64,000 nucleotides of DNA from Candidatus Parcubacteria bacterium (GCA_026395595.1 JAPLYL010000006.1:12146-76145); one strand, 5' to 3'; shown: positions 1-8,723, numbered from the stretch's first letter. Program-made: numbers and translations. Notes: generated by a model from the sequence alone, not told the origin.

Positions 1-145
1 ATCGTCGGGGTCATACGCAAACAACAAGCCGAATGCATCAGCTTGAAATAGTATATAAAGAGGAACATAATACGTTTGAAGAGGCAAGAAAAAGAGAATT
101 GTATCTTAAAACGGGAGCGGGAAGAAAATTTTTGAAAAAAGTATT

Positions 146-219
146 GGGCCCTTAGCTCATCTGGCTAGAGCACCTGTTTTGCACTCAGGAGGCAAGCGGT
201 TCAAGTCCGCTAGGGTCCA
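146..219 (+). tRNA. tRNA-Ala (anticodon UGC); CCA not encoded
   Basis: Cloverleaf: acceptor GGGCCCT/AGGGTCC with the G3:U70 pair diagnostic of tRNA-Ala; D-arm GCTC..GAGC; anticodon loop TTTGCAC (U33, UGC, A37); T-arm AGCGG-TTCAAGT-CCGCT. Confidence 0.85.
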
Positions 220-374
220 CAATAAAAATCGTTCCGATAGGGCGATTTTTTTGTGGACCCTAATCAAGACAACTGCTTGACTTTCGTGCGGACTTGAACG
301 ATCGGAGCCATGCCCGCGCACGGGCAGGCGAGACTGGGCAGCGGAAAATTTTTTGGAGGTCCAAAAATTTATCC

Positions 375-393
375 GTGACTCAAGTCCGCTAGG
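375..393 (+). repeat. direct copy of the tRNA-Ala 3' end (TCAAGTCCGCTAGG) ~160 bp downstream of the tRNA; inverted partial copies at 241-253 and 289-300
   Basis: 14-nt exact match to tRNA positions 203-216; inverted matches TTGTGGACCCTA and GCGGACTTGAAC. Confidence 0.5.
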
Positions 394-482
394 CCATCTT
401 GTTGACAGTATAGCAGAATTATTCTATACTGTTTTTCGGATATTGTAATCTATGGATTGCGCATTTTAAAGAGGAGAAGAAA

Positions 483-938
483 ATGAAAAGAGAAGATAAA
501 GATACTCAACAACCTCAAGCTGTTGTTCGTGAGATTAACGGTCAATTAGTACTGGATGACCCCCTTGCTCTGAGCATGTTCCGTGCTGTGGAAAAGCACA
601 ACTGTAAGAATACACTGGAATTGAATTCTGAACGTGTTAAAAACTTTAAGCAACGAGTGATTGAACGCGGGATGACGGCAGAACAAGTCGTAATTATTCT
701 TCTGAACGTCGATGATACGAATGGTGGAGAGATCGCCAAAATGTTGATGCCCGGATTCAATTGGCAAGAAATTCGCGATAAAGGAGAAGTTCCATTTACA
801 CGAGGACTTGCAGGTCGCGAAGGTATCCAAGAGGTGCTTGAAGCTTTCGATGAAGAAGCAGCAGCAAAGTTGCGAGAAATGAAACAGGTCGCCGTTGTGG
901 TTGTTGACCATGGGGTCGCGGAAGTTTTTGAGGCGTAA
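483..938 (+). CDS. hypothetical protein (151 aa)
   Basis: ORF with GAGGAG Shine-Dalgarno 6 nt upstream; followed by a rho-independent terminator. Confidence 0.6.
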   Translation: MKREDKDTQQPQAVVREINGQLVLDDPLALSMFRAVEKHNCKNTLELNSERVKNFKQRVIERGMTAEQVVIILLNVDDTNGGEIAKMLMPGFNWQEIRDKGEVPFTRGLAGREGIQEVLEAFDEEAAAKLREMKQVAVVVVDHGVAEVFEA

Positions 939-960
939 TCTCAATCGAATAATTATCAGT

Positions 961-998
961 GTCGTACTTTTGAATAGTACGACACTTTTTTATTTTTT
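961..998 (+). terminator. rho-independent terminator
   Basis: GTCGTACT-TTTGAA-TAGTACGAC hairpin followed by a T-run. Confidence 0.7.
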
Positions 999-1161
999 AA
1001 CCTTAAAATCTCCGCCAATCTGGCAGATTCCAACACAAATTTGTTCCAAAATAAAATACTCGAGTCCTCTCTGTTAAACGGAAGAGACAGAAATACCTTT
1101 TTTGTTTTTTTGGAATAATATATTCGTTGACTGGATATAACTATTGTTATAAAATGTAGGC

Positions 1162-1533
1162 GTGGATAACAAAAACGAAATTGAAGAATTATTTAAAAAA
1201 TATAATGACGAAATGAAACGCCATACGAATGCTCTCAGTGAGGAATTTCAGAGCAGACTTTCAGCTGTCGCGGAAGGGGTTGTCGGTTTAGGTGAAAAAT
1301 TTGATTTACTGAAAGAAAATGTTGGCCTGCTTAATGAAAAAGTTGATAGAATTGAACAGGTTCAAAATTTGCACACCGAGATATTGAATGAACATACCAA
1401 AAAATTAGACTCGCACACGGAAATGATCGGTGGACAAATGGAAGATACTTCTGAAACAAAAATTGAACTTGAAAATAAGGTTGACAAAAAAGAGTTTATT
1501 GAATTAAAACAAACGGTTTTGGCGATGGCTTAA
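1162..1533 (+). CDS. hypothetical coiled-coil protein (GTG start)
   Basis: Heptad-rich, charged sequence; ORF followed by a hairpin terminator at 1570-1594. Confidence 0.45.
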   Translation: MDNKNEIEELFKKYNDEMKRHTNALSEEFQSRLSAVAEGVVGLGEKFDLLKENVGLLNEKVDRIEQVQNLHTEILNEHTKKLDSHTEMIGGQMEDTSETKIELENKVDKKEFIELKQTVLAMA

Positions 1534-1569
1534 TTTTAAAACTCTCGAAAGATTCGCTTCTTAACAAAA

Positions 1570-1594
1570 GTCGCCAGGGGGCGATTTTTGTTTC
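1570..1594 (+). terminator. rho-independent terminator
   Basis: GTCGCC-AGGG-GGCGA hairpin plus TTTTTGTTT. Confidence 0.5.
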
Positions 1595-1664
1595 CCAAGA
1601 AAAGGGGATAAGTTTTATGGAAGAGGTTTCCTGAATTTGATATAATACTCATGCGAGTATTCTC

Positions 1665-2258
1665 ATGAATTTATCACCCTCACAAAAAAAAGGTTTTACT
1701 TTTATTGAACTGGCGGTCACCGTCGGTGTTTTTGCCATACTCTCCACTCTTGCGGTGGGAAATTTCCGCAATACCACGAAAGCCTTGTCTTTAAATTCGC
1801 TTGCCAATCTTATCGCTTCCGATATTCGCCGCGCTCAAGTCAAAGGTATTTCAAATCAATCCTATCCGGGCACAAACTATATCGCCCCAGCAATCGGCAT
1901 TTCTTTTGATACGACCTATGTGACTGCTTACATGATGTTTTCTGATACTGATGGAAACTTTATAAACAACAACCTCGGGGCTGCCTGTGCGGGAGAATGC
2001 ACTGAAAGGCTCGTCATTAAAGATGGGAGTAAGATATCCCATATTTACGCAAAACGAACCGCCGGTGGAACGATTAAAAGCCTTGACTCTCTCCATTTTA
2101 CTTTTCAGCGTCCAGACCCGGAACCGATGATAAAAGGAAAAGAAAACGACCTAATAACCCGCGATTACTACTATGCGGAAATTTGGCTGACGTCAAAAGA
2201 TAATCTTCTTACCAAAAAAATCATTGTTTGGAAAACAGGAATGGTGGCAATTCAATAA
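1665..2258 (+). CDS. type IV pilin-like protein (prepilin-type N-terminal cleavage/methylation domain)
   Basis: N-terminus KKGFTFIELAVTVGVFAIL: G^F cleavage site, Glu at +5, hydrophobic helix. Confidence 0.7.
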   Translation: MNLSPSQKKGFTFIELAVTVGVFAILSTLAVGNFRNTTKALSLNSLANLIASDIRRAQVKGISNQSYPGTNYIAPAIGISFDTTYVTAYMMFSDTDGNFINNNLGAACAGECTERLVIKDGSKISHIYAKRTAGGTIKSLDSLHFTFQRPDPEPMIKGKENDLITRDYYYAEIWLTSKDNLLTKKIIVWKTGMVAIQ

Positions 2259-2295
2259 AAATAAAACCGTGATATCATTTCCTCAAAAAAAAATT

Positions 2296-2883
2296 ATGCG
2301 GAGACGCGCAGCAGACGGTGGATTCACAATCGTTGAACTCTTGGTATCCGTCGCGCTTTTTGCCACCGTAATCATTGCCGTTTCCGGTTCATTTCTTGTT
2401 ATTGTTGATTCGTATAAAAAAATAACGGCGCAAAGAGAAAACATAGACAACCTTTCCACCTCTCTGGAAAGCATGGTACGCGGGTTAAAAACAGGTATGA
2501 ACTTCCATTGCGAAGTTACTCCTCCTGCTTCTGCTCCTGCTGATATTGCAACGCCGAGAGACTGCGCTTCTGGAGGAAAATATATTGCCTTTAAACGGGT
2601 GACGGACAACAATATCATCCAATACAAATTTGAAAGCGGTCGGTTGTGGCGCTCCGACAATTTCGCAACTTTTTATCCGGTAACCGATGACCCGAGTATT
2701 ATGCAGGTCGGCCTCTTTAATTTTTATGTTGTCGGCACAACCCCTCTTACTGATACGGGAGTTGATATCACTCAACCTAAAGTAAACATTGTCATGAAAG
2801 GTACGGTCGGCGGACAGCTAAAACGTTCTTCTTCTTTCAATATCCAAACGACCATCACTCAAAGACGCCCCGACATTCAATAA
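2296..2883 (+). CDS. type IV pilin/pseudopilin-like protein
   Basis: N-terminus RRRAADGGFTIVELLVSVALFA, a prepilin motif; the start is moved to the ATG after the upstream overlap. Confidence 0.65.
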   Translation: MRRRAADGGFTIVELLVSVALFATVIIAVSGSFLVIVDSYKKITAQRENIDNLSTSLESMVRGLKTGMNFHCEVTPPASAPADIATPRDCASGGKYIAFKRVTDNNIIQYKFESGRLWRSDNFATFYPVTDDPSIMQVGLFNFYVVGTTPLTDTGVDITQPKVNIVMKGTVGGQLKRSSSFNIQTTITQRRPDIQ

Positions 2884-2910
2884 CTCATCGTTTCAATCTG
2901 TGTAATAAAA

Positions 2911-3483
2911 ATGAATAATCACAAAGGAAAAAGAAATATACGTGGTGGAGGATTTATTATGGTAGAAATGCTGGTCGCCATATCCCTTATCTTGCTGGTT
3001 CTTCCGGGAGCTCTTTCTATTGCCATGAAATCCATAAGCTTGAGTACCTACCAGAAAGATCAGCTTATTGCGACCTATCTTGCGGAAGAGGGACAAGAAC
3101 TTCTACGAAGCGTTCGCGATAAAAATGTTTTGACTGTTGTACGCGACGGTTCCGGTGCATGGAATACTGGTTTTAGTGGTTGGAGTTGCAACGCTACTGC
3201 CTGCAAAATAGATCTCAGTGAAGCGATAACAGCCGGTGCTGGAAATTTGGAAACTCTGACAAGTGCGCCGAATGCTACGTATCGTCTGTATCTTGATGCA
3301 AACGGTTTTTATACCCATACTTCGGCCGGAAATACGCCGACCCCGTTTTATCGCGGGATATTTATTACGCCCGTCGGAGGTCTCGGAGATCAGGTTTCTG
3401 TTCGGTCAGTTGTTGTTTGGAAAACAACCTTCGGAAGGAAAAAAGTTACTTCATCAGGCTTTCTTGCTTATTGGTTGCGATAA
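2911..3483 (+). CDS. type IV pilin/pseudopilin-like protein
   Basis: N-terminus GGGFIMVEMLVAISLILL, a prepilin motif. Confidence 0.6.
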   Translation: MNNHKGKRNIRGGGFIMVEMLVAISLILLVLPGALSIAMKSISLSTYQKDQLIATYLAEEGQELLRSVRDKNVLTVVRDGSGAWNTGFSGWSCNATACKIDLSEAITAGAGNLETLTSAPNATYRLYLDANGFYTHTSAGNTPTPFYRGIFITPVGGLGDQVSVRSVVVWKTTFGRKKVTSSGFLAYWLR

Positions 3484-3563
3484 AATTTATCTCACGCTTT
3501 ATGTTCCATTTCCACCACTATCATAAAAAAAGAAAAGACTCCGAAAATACTCGCGGATTTTTG

Positions 3564-4097
3564 ATGATGTACGCCATACTATTTATTACGGTGGTGCTCA
3601 CTATCGCTATGGGAATACTTGATATCGCTCTCAAACAATTTTCCATCTCTTCCATAAACCGAGAATCCTCCCGCGCTCTCTATGCCGCCGATGCCGGATT
3701 GGAATGTACTCTCTACGGAGACATTTACAATAAAAATTTTTCCACAACAACTCCGGCCGGAGTTCCTCTTGCTGTTGACGGCAGTGGGGCTTTGTTGAAA
3801 AGCAACGTTACTCTTTGCAGTGGAAATGTCGTTGATCTTTTTACTCCCAACCCAAATCCCGGTTCGGGCGGAACCATTACGTGGACGGAAAATCCGCCCG
3901 CCAATGGATTTAAAATTAAGTTCGGTTCTGGTACGGATCTTGTATGCGGAACGGTAATTGTTACAAAAAGTATAGGAGCGAACGGAACTCTTTTGCAAAC
4001 CACTGTTAACTCTCGCGGATATAATACTGATTGCCCCGATAACCCCACTCCGGCCCGTTTGCCTCGCGTTGAAAGAGGACTCAAAGCCACTTACTAA
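3564..4097 (+). CDS. membrane-anchored pilus-associated protein (no canonical G^F site)
   Basis: N-terminal TM helix MMYAILFITVVLTIAMGIL; same strand and cluster as three pilin-like genes; start adjusted to avoid overlap. Confidence 0.4.
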   Translation: MMYAILFITVVLTIAMGILDIALKQFSISSINRESSRALYAADAGLECTLYGDIYNKNFSTTTPAGVPLAVDGSGALLKSNVTLCSGNVVDLFTPNPNPGSGGTITWTENPPANGFKIKFGSGTDLVCGTVIVTKSIGANGTLLQTTVNSRGYNTDCPDNPTPARLPRVERGLKATY

Positions 4098-4110
4098 AAA
4101 TATAAAAAGA

Positions 4111-4140
4111 AAAGGCGCCGCAGAACGGCGCCTTTTTGTC
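4111..4140. terminator. bidirectional rho-independent terminator
   Basis: AGGCGCCG-CAGA-ACGGCGCCT hairpin flanked by an A-run and a T-run between convergent genes. Confidence 0.7.
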
Positions 4141-4154
4141 TTTATTCAAAAACC

Positions 4155-4547
4155 TTATCCGATAGTGACAATGCTTGAAAAGTGGTAGAATAGCAGACCG
4201 CCAACTATGGTTGCGATTATGATAATAGCAGCAATCCAGTTGAATACCTTGGAGGCAACCCTCTTTGGAGCGCGTCCCCAGTGTTCTTCTCCCGTCGGCA
4301 TCATTTTATAAATGAACGGATAGATCAGGAAGATAAGCAGAGCGGTTATCCAAGGCGTTATCATGGAGAAATGCGCATTGAGCGGTGATGTGTAATAAAA
4401 CATCAAAAACATTCCCGCAATAACGACCCCGATCAGCCAGCCGGCTGTATTATCGTTTTCAAAGCCGTTGGCAAGGCGTTTATACCAAGTCGTTACGTCC
4501 AGCAAACTAAAGGTTTTTTCAAAAAAAATGTTAAGGTACTTCTTCAT
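4155..4547 (-). CDS. hypothetical membrane protein
   Basis: ORF-track ORF 4155..4616; start moved to the internal Met (MKKYLNIFF) that has GGAGG 7 nt upstream; 3-4 TM helices. Confidence 0.5.
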   Translation of the reverse strand: MKKYLNIFFEKTFSLLDVTTWYKRLANGFENDNTAGWLIGVVIAGMFLMFYYTSPLNAHFSMITPWITALLIFLIYPFIYKMMPTGEEHWGRAPKRVASKVFNWIAAIIIIATIVGGLLFYHFSSIVTIG

Positions 4548-4924
4548 GTCTTTTCCTCCATCTTCGGAAAGGTGAGTGCCTATCTTTTTCATATCACAAA
4601 AGTTAAAAGAGCGCAAGTCACTGCTTCGTCAAGACTTATGAGCGGAGTAAGCCCTATAAAAAACGACCCGATAAAGGGTCGTTTTGAGGTTAAAAAAATA
4701 AAAGAACCATATGTTTCCTCAGAGATAATCCATAAATAATGAGCGATGCAGTCGTATATCCTATTGCTCTACTTTGATCTATTCCAAAAGAGGTATCGCG
4801 TCCATTCCTCCGACGACAATTTCGACGCCGGTTAATCCAGCCACTGGTGGGTGCGTTTTTGAGATCAGTAAACTGAAATAAAGAAAAATAATTTACCCGG
4901 ATATTATCAAATAACAGCATTATC

Positions 4925-4954
4925 TTGACAAATGACTGATTTAGTATCTATAAT
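4925..4954 (+). promoter_or_regulatory. sigma70-like promoter (TTGACA-18-TATAAT)
   Basis: Consensus -35 and -10 hexamers about 70 bp upstream of the 5024 start. Confidence 0.55.
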
Positions 4955-5023
4955 GAACCTCGGAAACGAAAAGGAAGTTCTCTTTCAAAAACAGTGTTTT
5001 CACCCGAAAGGAGGGTATTGAAA

Positions 5024-5506
5024 ATGGCAGCACAAAAAACAAAAAAAAGTCCCGCATTGATTCTTGCGATCTTAGGATTTTTCTTGGCATTCTTCGTCTT
5101 TGGAATGTTCCTTCTCATGGTACATCCCGAGATAGAAGATGCGATGATGGCTCAAAAACGAACCGAAGAAAATTTTGCAACATCACTGGTGAAGCAGACT
5201 CCGTCTCAAGCTCATTTATTTCCCGTCACGATTACCGTTCCTTATAAAACGGTAAATGGCGCTCCTCAATTGAGAGATGTTATTGTCTACGGTTACGGCG
5301 TAGCTTTGGACGGCAGCAAATGCGTTCAATTCTATAACGTCGCTAGCACGAAGAATGATATTATCAAACAAGTATGTCTCATTCCCAAAAAAGAAGTAAT
5401 CCATAGAACGCCATGGACTTCAAAAGTTGTGAAGTCTGTCGGTTCATGGGCAATATGGGACGAAATCGCCAAATTCTCCCATAGCGGATATTATTTCTAC
5501 CAATAA
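5024..5506 (+). CDS. hypothetical membrane-anchored protein
   Basis: AGGAGGG Shine-Dalgarno 7 nt upstream of ATG; N-terminal TM helix; terminator downstream. Confidence 0.55.
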   Translation: MAAQKTKKSPALILAILGFFLAFFVFGMFLLMVHPEIEDAMMAQKRTEENFATSLVKQTPSQAHLFPVTITVPYKTVNGAPQLRDVIVYGYGVALDGSKCVQFYNVASTKNDIIKQVCLIPKKEVIHRTPWTSKVVKSVGSWAIWDEIAKFSHSGYYFYQ

Positions 5507-5542
5507 GAGAGAGTTTTGAACTCGTAAGATAACAAATCTATA

Positions 5543-5575
5543 TGCCTGTTCATGAAAGTGAACAGGCATTTTTTA
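5543..5575 (+). terminator. rho-independent terminator
   Basis: TGCCTGTTCA-TGAAAG-TGAACAGGCA hairpin plus TTTTTT. Confidence 0.75.
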
Positions 5576-5721
5576 AAAGGAATAACCAGATAGTAAATTT
5601 TCCCCTTTTTGCTTTTTTCTTATTCCTTTGTTCTTTAACGTCGTCGTTTGACACTCTTTCTTCAATAGTGCATAAATAGATACGGTACTTTGATATATTT
5701 CAGCTTAAAGGAGGTGATAGT

Positions 5722-5952
5722 ATGTGTTTAGCTATTCCAGGAAAGATCATTGAGATAGCAGGCGAAGGATCGTTTCGGATCGCAAAGGTAAATTTTGATG
5801 GACTGAACAAAAGCAACATTTCGCTCTTGTTCTGTCCAAACGCAAATGTGGCGGACTTTTGTCTTGTCCACGCGGGTAATGCGCTTGAGATTATAAATGA
5901 AGAACTCGCGCGCGAGACAATGACTCTTCTTCACAGTTATTCCGTTCAGTAG
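5722..5952 (+). CDS. hypC: [NiFe]-hydrogenase maturation factor HypC/HupF family
   Basis: N-terminal MCLAIPGKIIEI hallmark; ~76 aa; AAGGAGG Shine-Dalgarno; immediately upstream of hypD. Confidence 0.75.
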   Translation: MCLAIPGKIIEIAGEGSFRIAKVNFDGLNKSNISLLFCPNANVADFCLVHAGNALEIINEELARETMTLLHSYSVQ

Positions 5953-5957
5953 AGGGC

Positions 5958-7073
5958 GTGCGAATGAAATATCTTACCGAATTCCGCGACAAGGATGTTG
6001 CTAATGGGGTGCTTTCCGAAATACAAAAGACGGCAAAGCAAATCAAGCAAAATCCGAATATAAAACTCCCCATTCTTCTTATGGAGATTTGCGGAGGTCA
6101 AACTCATTCCATTCTTCAATACGGGCTTAATACTGCGGTGCTTCCGGATGTGGAATTTGTCCACGGTCCGGGGTGCCCTGTTTGTGTTACTCCGATAGAA
6201 ACTATCAATCTCGCGCTGGAACTTGCGAAACAACCGAATGTTATTTTTACCTCATTCGGCGATATGCTCCGCGTTCCCGGTTCACACGAGAATATGTTTC
6301 AGGCGAAAGCGAACGGTGCCGACATTCGCTGGGTATATTCGCCGATTGATGCGGTGGAAATCGCAAAAGAAAATCCTGACAAAGAAGTTATTTTTTTTGC
6401 CATCGGTTTTGAAACGACCGTAACGCCCATCACGGCGGCCATCCATCTCGCAAAAAAATGGGGAGTAAAGAATTTTTTTATTCTCACAGCGATGGTTCGG
6501 GTTCCCCCCGCTCTTGAAGTTATTTTGAATGATCAAGAATGTGTTATCAACGGAGTTCTCGCAGCGGGTCATGTCTGCACGATTATGGGCTCGGGAGAAT
6601 ACGAACCGCTCGCGCAAAAATACGCTATTCCGATTGTGGTTACCGGTTTTCAGCCGGTGGAAATACTTTCGGGAGTTCTTACTTGTCTGAAACAGATTCG
6701 CGACGGCCGTGCGCAAGTGGAAAATGCCTACAACTGGGTTGTTCGTGAAGAGGGAAATCTTGTTGCGAAAGAACTCATCAATGAGTACTTTGAAATAATC
6801 AATCGCCGCTGGCGGGGAATAGGAGAAATCCCGAATTCCGGTTTTGGTCTTCGCAAGGAATACCAACACTTTAATGCCGAAGAACACTGGAAAAATATCA
6901 TCATCAAAAAAGAAGCTGAATCAAATCCATATTGCGGACTCGTTCTGACAGGGAAGATGAAACCGACCGCGTGTCCTTTCTTCAAAAAAGAATGCTCGCA
7001 AGAACACCCCATCGGCGCGCTCATGGTTTCCTCCGAAGGAGCCTGTGCCGCATACCATAAAGTATCAAAATAG
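5958..7073 (+). CDS. hypD: hydrogenase maturation factor HypD
   Basis: CGGQTHS, GPGCPVCVTP and GFETT motifs; ~370 aa. Confidence 0.8.
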   Translation: MRMKYLTEFRDKDVANGVLSEIQKTAKQIKQNPNIKLPILLMEICGGQTHSILQYGLNTAVLPDVEFVHGPGCPVCVTPIETINLALELAKQPNVIFTSFGDMLRVPGSHENMFQAKANGADIRWVYSPIDAVEIAKENPDKEVIFFAIGFETTVTPITAAIHLAKKWGVKNFFILTAMVRVPPALEVILNDQECVINGVLAAGHVCTIMGSGEYEPLAQKYAIPIVVTGFQPVEILSGVLTCLKQIRDGRAQVENAYNWVVREEGNLVAKELINEYFEIINRRWRGIGEIPNSGFGLRKEYQHFNAEEHWKNIIIKKEAESNPYCGLVLTGKMKPTACPFFKKECSQEHPIGALMVSSEGACAAYHKVSK

Positions 7074-7087
7074 AAATCCAATACCAA

Positions 7088-7117
7088 GGATAGCCAGAAA
7101 TGGCTATCCTTTTTTTA
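7088..7117 (+). terminator. rho-independent terminator
   Basis: GGATAGCCA-GAAA-TGGCTATCC hairpin plus TTTTTTT. Confidence 0.75.
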
Positions 7118-7122
7118 TCCGT

Positions 7123-7151
7123 CCGTCATCCTGGACCGAGAGCCGGGATCT
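7123..7151 (+). repeat. conserved hairpin motif CCGTCATCCYGG-loop-CCGGGATCT (copy 1 of 3)
   Basis: Same 5' flank and stem as the copies at 20593-20619 and 21496-21524; a stem C-to-T change becomes a G-U pair. Confidence 0.5.
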
Positions 7152-7236
7152 GCGCCGCAACTTTCCCATATACAAAACATAATTTGTGTTATTCTATACA
7201 AAGATATCCAATTTACACATACCTTGAGGAGTTTTT

Positions 7237-7683
7237 ATGAGCAGTACTTTGTTAGCGTTGATTATCGGCTGGATGGTTGCCATTACCGGATACCGCATGC
7301 CTGAACATTTTCCGAGCGTTCAATTTGAACCCCATAGTTTTTTTGTTGAAAAAGTTTGTGGCGGAAATGAATGCGACGCTCAAGGATGGTACAACGATAA
7401 AGGAATTATTTATATTGATGAAAGGCATTACCTTGTTCTTTCCGAAAATTCTTATCCGGTAAAACCGGACCAGTCTCACGCCGAAGCGGTGAGCTTGCTC
7501 GGTCATGAATCAGTTCATTTTCTTCAAGACTTGAGCGGAAAGTTCACCAAAAAAAGCTGTGAAAATTTTCTCAGCAGAGAAGAAGAAGCCTTCACTGCAC
7601 AGCGTATCGGTATGATACCGTATCTGAAATTTTTGATACCGCGTCCGACCGTTCGTCGCTCATACCGATGTCCGCAAGAATAG
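7237..7683 (+). CDS. hypothetical membrane-anchored protein with HExxHxxQ zincin-like motif
   Basis: N-terminal TM; motif LLGHESVHFLQD. Confidence 0.5.
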   Translation: MSSTLLALIIGWMVAITGYRMPEHFPSVQFEPHSFFVEKVCGGNECDAQGWYNDKGIIYIDERHYLVLSENSYPVKPDQSHAEAVSLLGHESVHFLQDLSGKFTKKSCENFLSREEEAFTAQRIGMIPYLKFLIPRPTVRRSYRCPQE

Positions 7684-7688
7684 AATAC

Positions 7689-7719
7689 AGATAGCCCGTC
7701 ACCGGGCTATCTTTTTTTA
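7689..7719 (+). terminator. rho-independent terminator
   Basis: AGATAGCCCG-TCAC-CGGGCTATCT plus T-run. Confidence 0.75.
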
Positions 7720-7805
7720 CAAAATGTGAGATAGACTTTTTCCTCGTCTTATGGTACTACAAGGAAAGAAAGCAATTTGACAAATAACCTCAAAGGAGGT
7801 TTCAA

Positions 7806-8681
7806 ATGAAACTGAAATGGTATACCTTTTTATTTTTAGTTTTTCTCATCATCGCTATTTTTGCTTCTGTCGTCCCAAAAAACAGTGTGCCAGCCGCTCA
7901 GCAAAATCTCATTGCAGGTCAAACAAAAACGTCGCTTTCTCAAAGAGAAGCGATACAAAAAACATGGATTGACGCTCTGTATATTACGGCGAATACCGGG
8001 AATGCTCAAGCAAAAGCGGTGATAACGCTTATTGAAAATAAAACTTCTCCCGCCATCCCCGCTGTTGACGGTCTGTATGTCGCCGACCAAAGCAAACCGA
8101 TACGTCTGTTAACCCTGCTTCCCGAAGATGCCCAGTATCCTTTATGGAAGAGCTATCTTGATGAAAAAAAAGCGGGTGCCTGGTTCTCTCCGGAATTGCA
8201 TGCCATAGTGCTTCGCGATATGCCGGAATATGGAACCAAAACAAAAGGAGCGATTCTCACTCACGAGGGTACTCACGCTCTTCGCGATTCACCGGCTCCA
8301 ACCAATGAAATCGAATATGGCAATGAAGAACGAGGTACGTATTCTCTCGCCAATTCTTTGCTAGAATCTTTCGGAGGGAAAGCTTATCTTGATTTTCGTG
8401 CTGAACGAATTGCCGATACGTTCAAAAACATGAAGGCGACAAGCGAAGGAACACAGCTTCCAACTCCCGACGCGTCGTATGCGGCAATAAACGGCATAAT
8501 TGGCCCATTCGCGAGTAAATACGAAGAATCATGGTGGGTAGCAACGGCATGGATAGACACAACCTTTCATTTCATTGACCAACATTCCTCTGGCACACAA
8601 GCCGAAAAAGATGCAATGAAGTCAGAAGTCATTGTCTGGATGACCAAAAGCCTCGGTCTTATGCCCAAAGACAAGCAATAA
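7806..8681 (+). CDS. secreted hypothetical protein with HExxH motif
   Basis: Signal peptide/TM MKLKWYTFLFLVFLIIAIFA; motif ILTHEGTHALRD; AAGGAGG Shine-Dalgarno. Confidence 0.55.
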   Translation: MKLKWYTFLFLVFLIIAIFASVVPKNSVPAAQQNLIAGQTKTSLSQREAIQKTWIDALYITANTGNAQAKAVITLIENKTSPAIPAVDGLYVADQSKPIRLLTLLPEDAQYPLWKSYLDEKKAGAWFSPELHAIVLRDMPEYGTKTKGAILTHEGTHALRDSPAPTNEIEYGNEERGTYSLANSLLESFGGKAYLDFRAERIADTFKNMKATSEGTQLPTPDASYAAINGIIGPFASKYEESWWVATAWIDTTFHFIDQHSSGTQAEKDAMKSEVIVWMTKSLGLMPKDKQ

Positions 8682-8688
8682 TACAAAT

Positions 8689-8721
8689 ATCCCCGAAGGT
8701 TGAACCTTCGGGGATTTTTTT
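8689..8721. terminator. bidirectional terminator
   Basis: ATCCCCGAAGG-TTGAA-CCTTCGGGGAT plus T-run between convergent genes. Confidence 0.7.
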
Positions 8722-8723
8722 GT

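Noticed and set aside
4498-4502. Apparent single-nucleotide frame discrepancy (extra C near 4500) in the 4155-4616 gene as I read the sequence text
   Set aside because: The ORF track shows an intact 153-aa ORF across this point, so I treat it as my own transcription or counting error rather than a pseudogene. Coordinates I read by eye near here may be off by 1 nt.
6282-6887. 201-aa ORF antisense to hypD, and similar antisense ORFs opposite atpD, mrdA, sufB, murA and others
   Set aside because: They are fully embedded antisense to strongly conserved genes, with no start signals; these are typical spurious long ORFs.
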